Source of the DNA: Lingula anatina
Taxonomy: Eukaryota > Animalia > Brachiopoda
Direction of reading: 5' to 3'
Assembly (NCBI GenBank): GCA_051362555.1
Contig: CM120649.1
Span: 12,462,001 to 12,526,000, forward strand
DNA: 64,000 bases
Part shown: positions 63,183 to 64,000 of the stretch, in pieces
Position numbering within the stretch: the stretch's first letter is position 1
How the letters are laid out: the number at the start of each line of letters is the position of its first letter
The notes under the pieces: generated by a model
What the model saw: the letters and a program-made list of their open reading frames with translations, nothing else
What the model was told of the DNA's origin: nothing
The model's database searches: none
Position numbers and translations under genes: made by a program

Positions 63183-63925
63183 GTAAGTATAAAAGATTTG
63201 ATACTGAAATGAAACTTGTATCTCACTCAGGTATGTAGTGAAAGGGGGGGGGGGCGGCCAAACGAACCACTCTTTTGTCGGATAAAAGGTCCGCTGTGGA
63301 TAAAATTTGATATGGGTACACGAAGGTTTCATGGTAAAAGGTTCACTTTTTCAAAAAAAAAAAAAAAAAAGAATTCCCCCTTTGAAATTGCTTGGTATTG
63401 TTTCTAGTCTCATTCAAACTACGACAAAATCTGTCATACTTGAGAAATGTAAGGTTCCCCTCTGTCTGGTATATTTCTCATCATCTCGTTGTTCCTGTTA
63501 CAAAAGTTATATTTGTGTGAATTAAATCGAGGAGTTTCCGAAAAAAAAAAACTCGCCTACGTGGAAGTTGACTTATTGAACCATAAAGAAAGGATGTCTC
63601 TGTGACAAAGTTGTAAGGCTGTGTTTTATAGAGAGATTAATCCAGATTTAACAGTCTGGGATACGCACAATAAAGTTAAAGGAGTTGAAAAGAATCGTTG
63701 CAACTCGGAACGGCAGTAGGGCTGCTGGGCCCGAGTCCCTTTAGACGGTCTGGAATGTATCTGTGGTGTTATTCAAAAAGCGAAACATCTTTTGTGTTTT
63801 TGCCCCATCACACCGTGTATACACGAGGAGAACTGCGTTAGTTTTCAGGTCGGTAGAAGATCTTTGGAACCGTAAGGCCACGTGTGTTGTTTGCCACGTA
63901 GTATATGTATTGAACAACTTGTTTT

Positions 63926-63987
<62 letters not shown>

Positions 63988-64000
63988 CAAAAATCCACGA

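Overview
This is AT-rich, intron-containing eukaryotic genomic DNA, probably from an invertebrate animal (inferred from the repeat content). Most short ORFs in the track are noise. Two gene systems could be reconstructed by hand from splice sites and reading frame. (1) A minus-strand CIRBP/RBM3-type gene encoding an RRM plus Gly/Tyr-rich RNA-binding protein (761-3641, about 153 aa). It has a GC-AG intron and a strand-biased intronic hairpin with a competing pairing partner. (2) A divergently transcribed tandem array of secreted proteinase-K/aqualysin-like S8 subtilases, each with a signal peptide, I9-type prodomain and S8 domain in 6 exons. Three copies are complete and in frame (10844-16891, 24369-44908, 55328-60018), and a fourth starts at 62999. 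The paralogs keep the Asp/His/Ser triad but differ strongly in substrate-binding loops. The array is heavily invaded by transposons: a Tc1 nested in a LINE, a decayed DIRS1 retroelement, a Gypsy LTR+PBS+gag stub, an AcademH-like element with a RecQ remnant, PIF/Harbinger, Kolobok and piggyBac-like MITEs, and a 3.6-kb TTAA element inserted between the conserved promoter block and the ATG of copy 3. No database searches were run; family calls rest on recognisable motifs.
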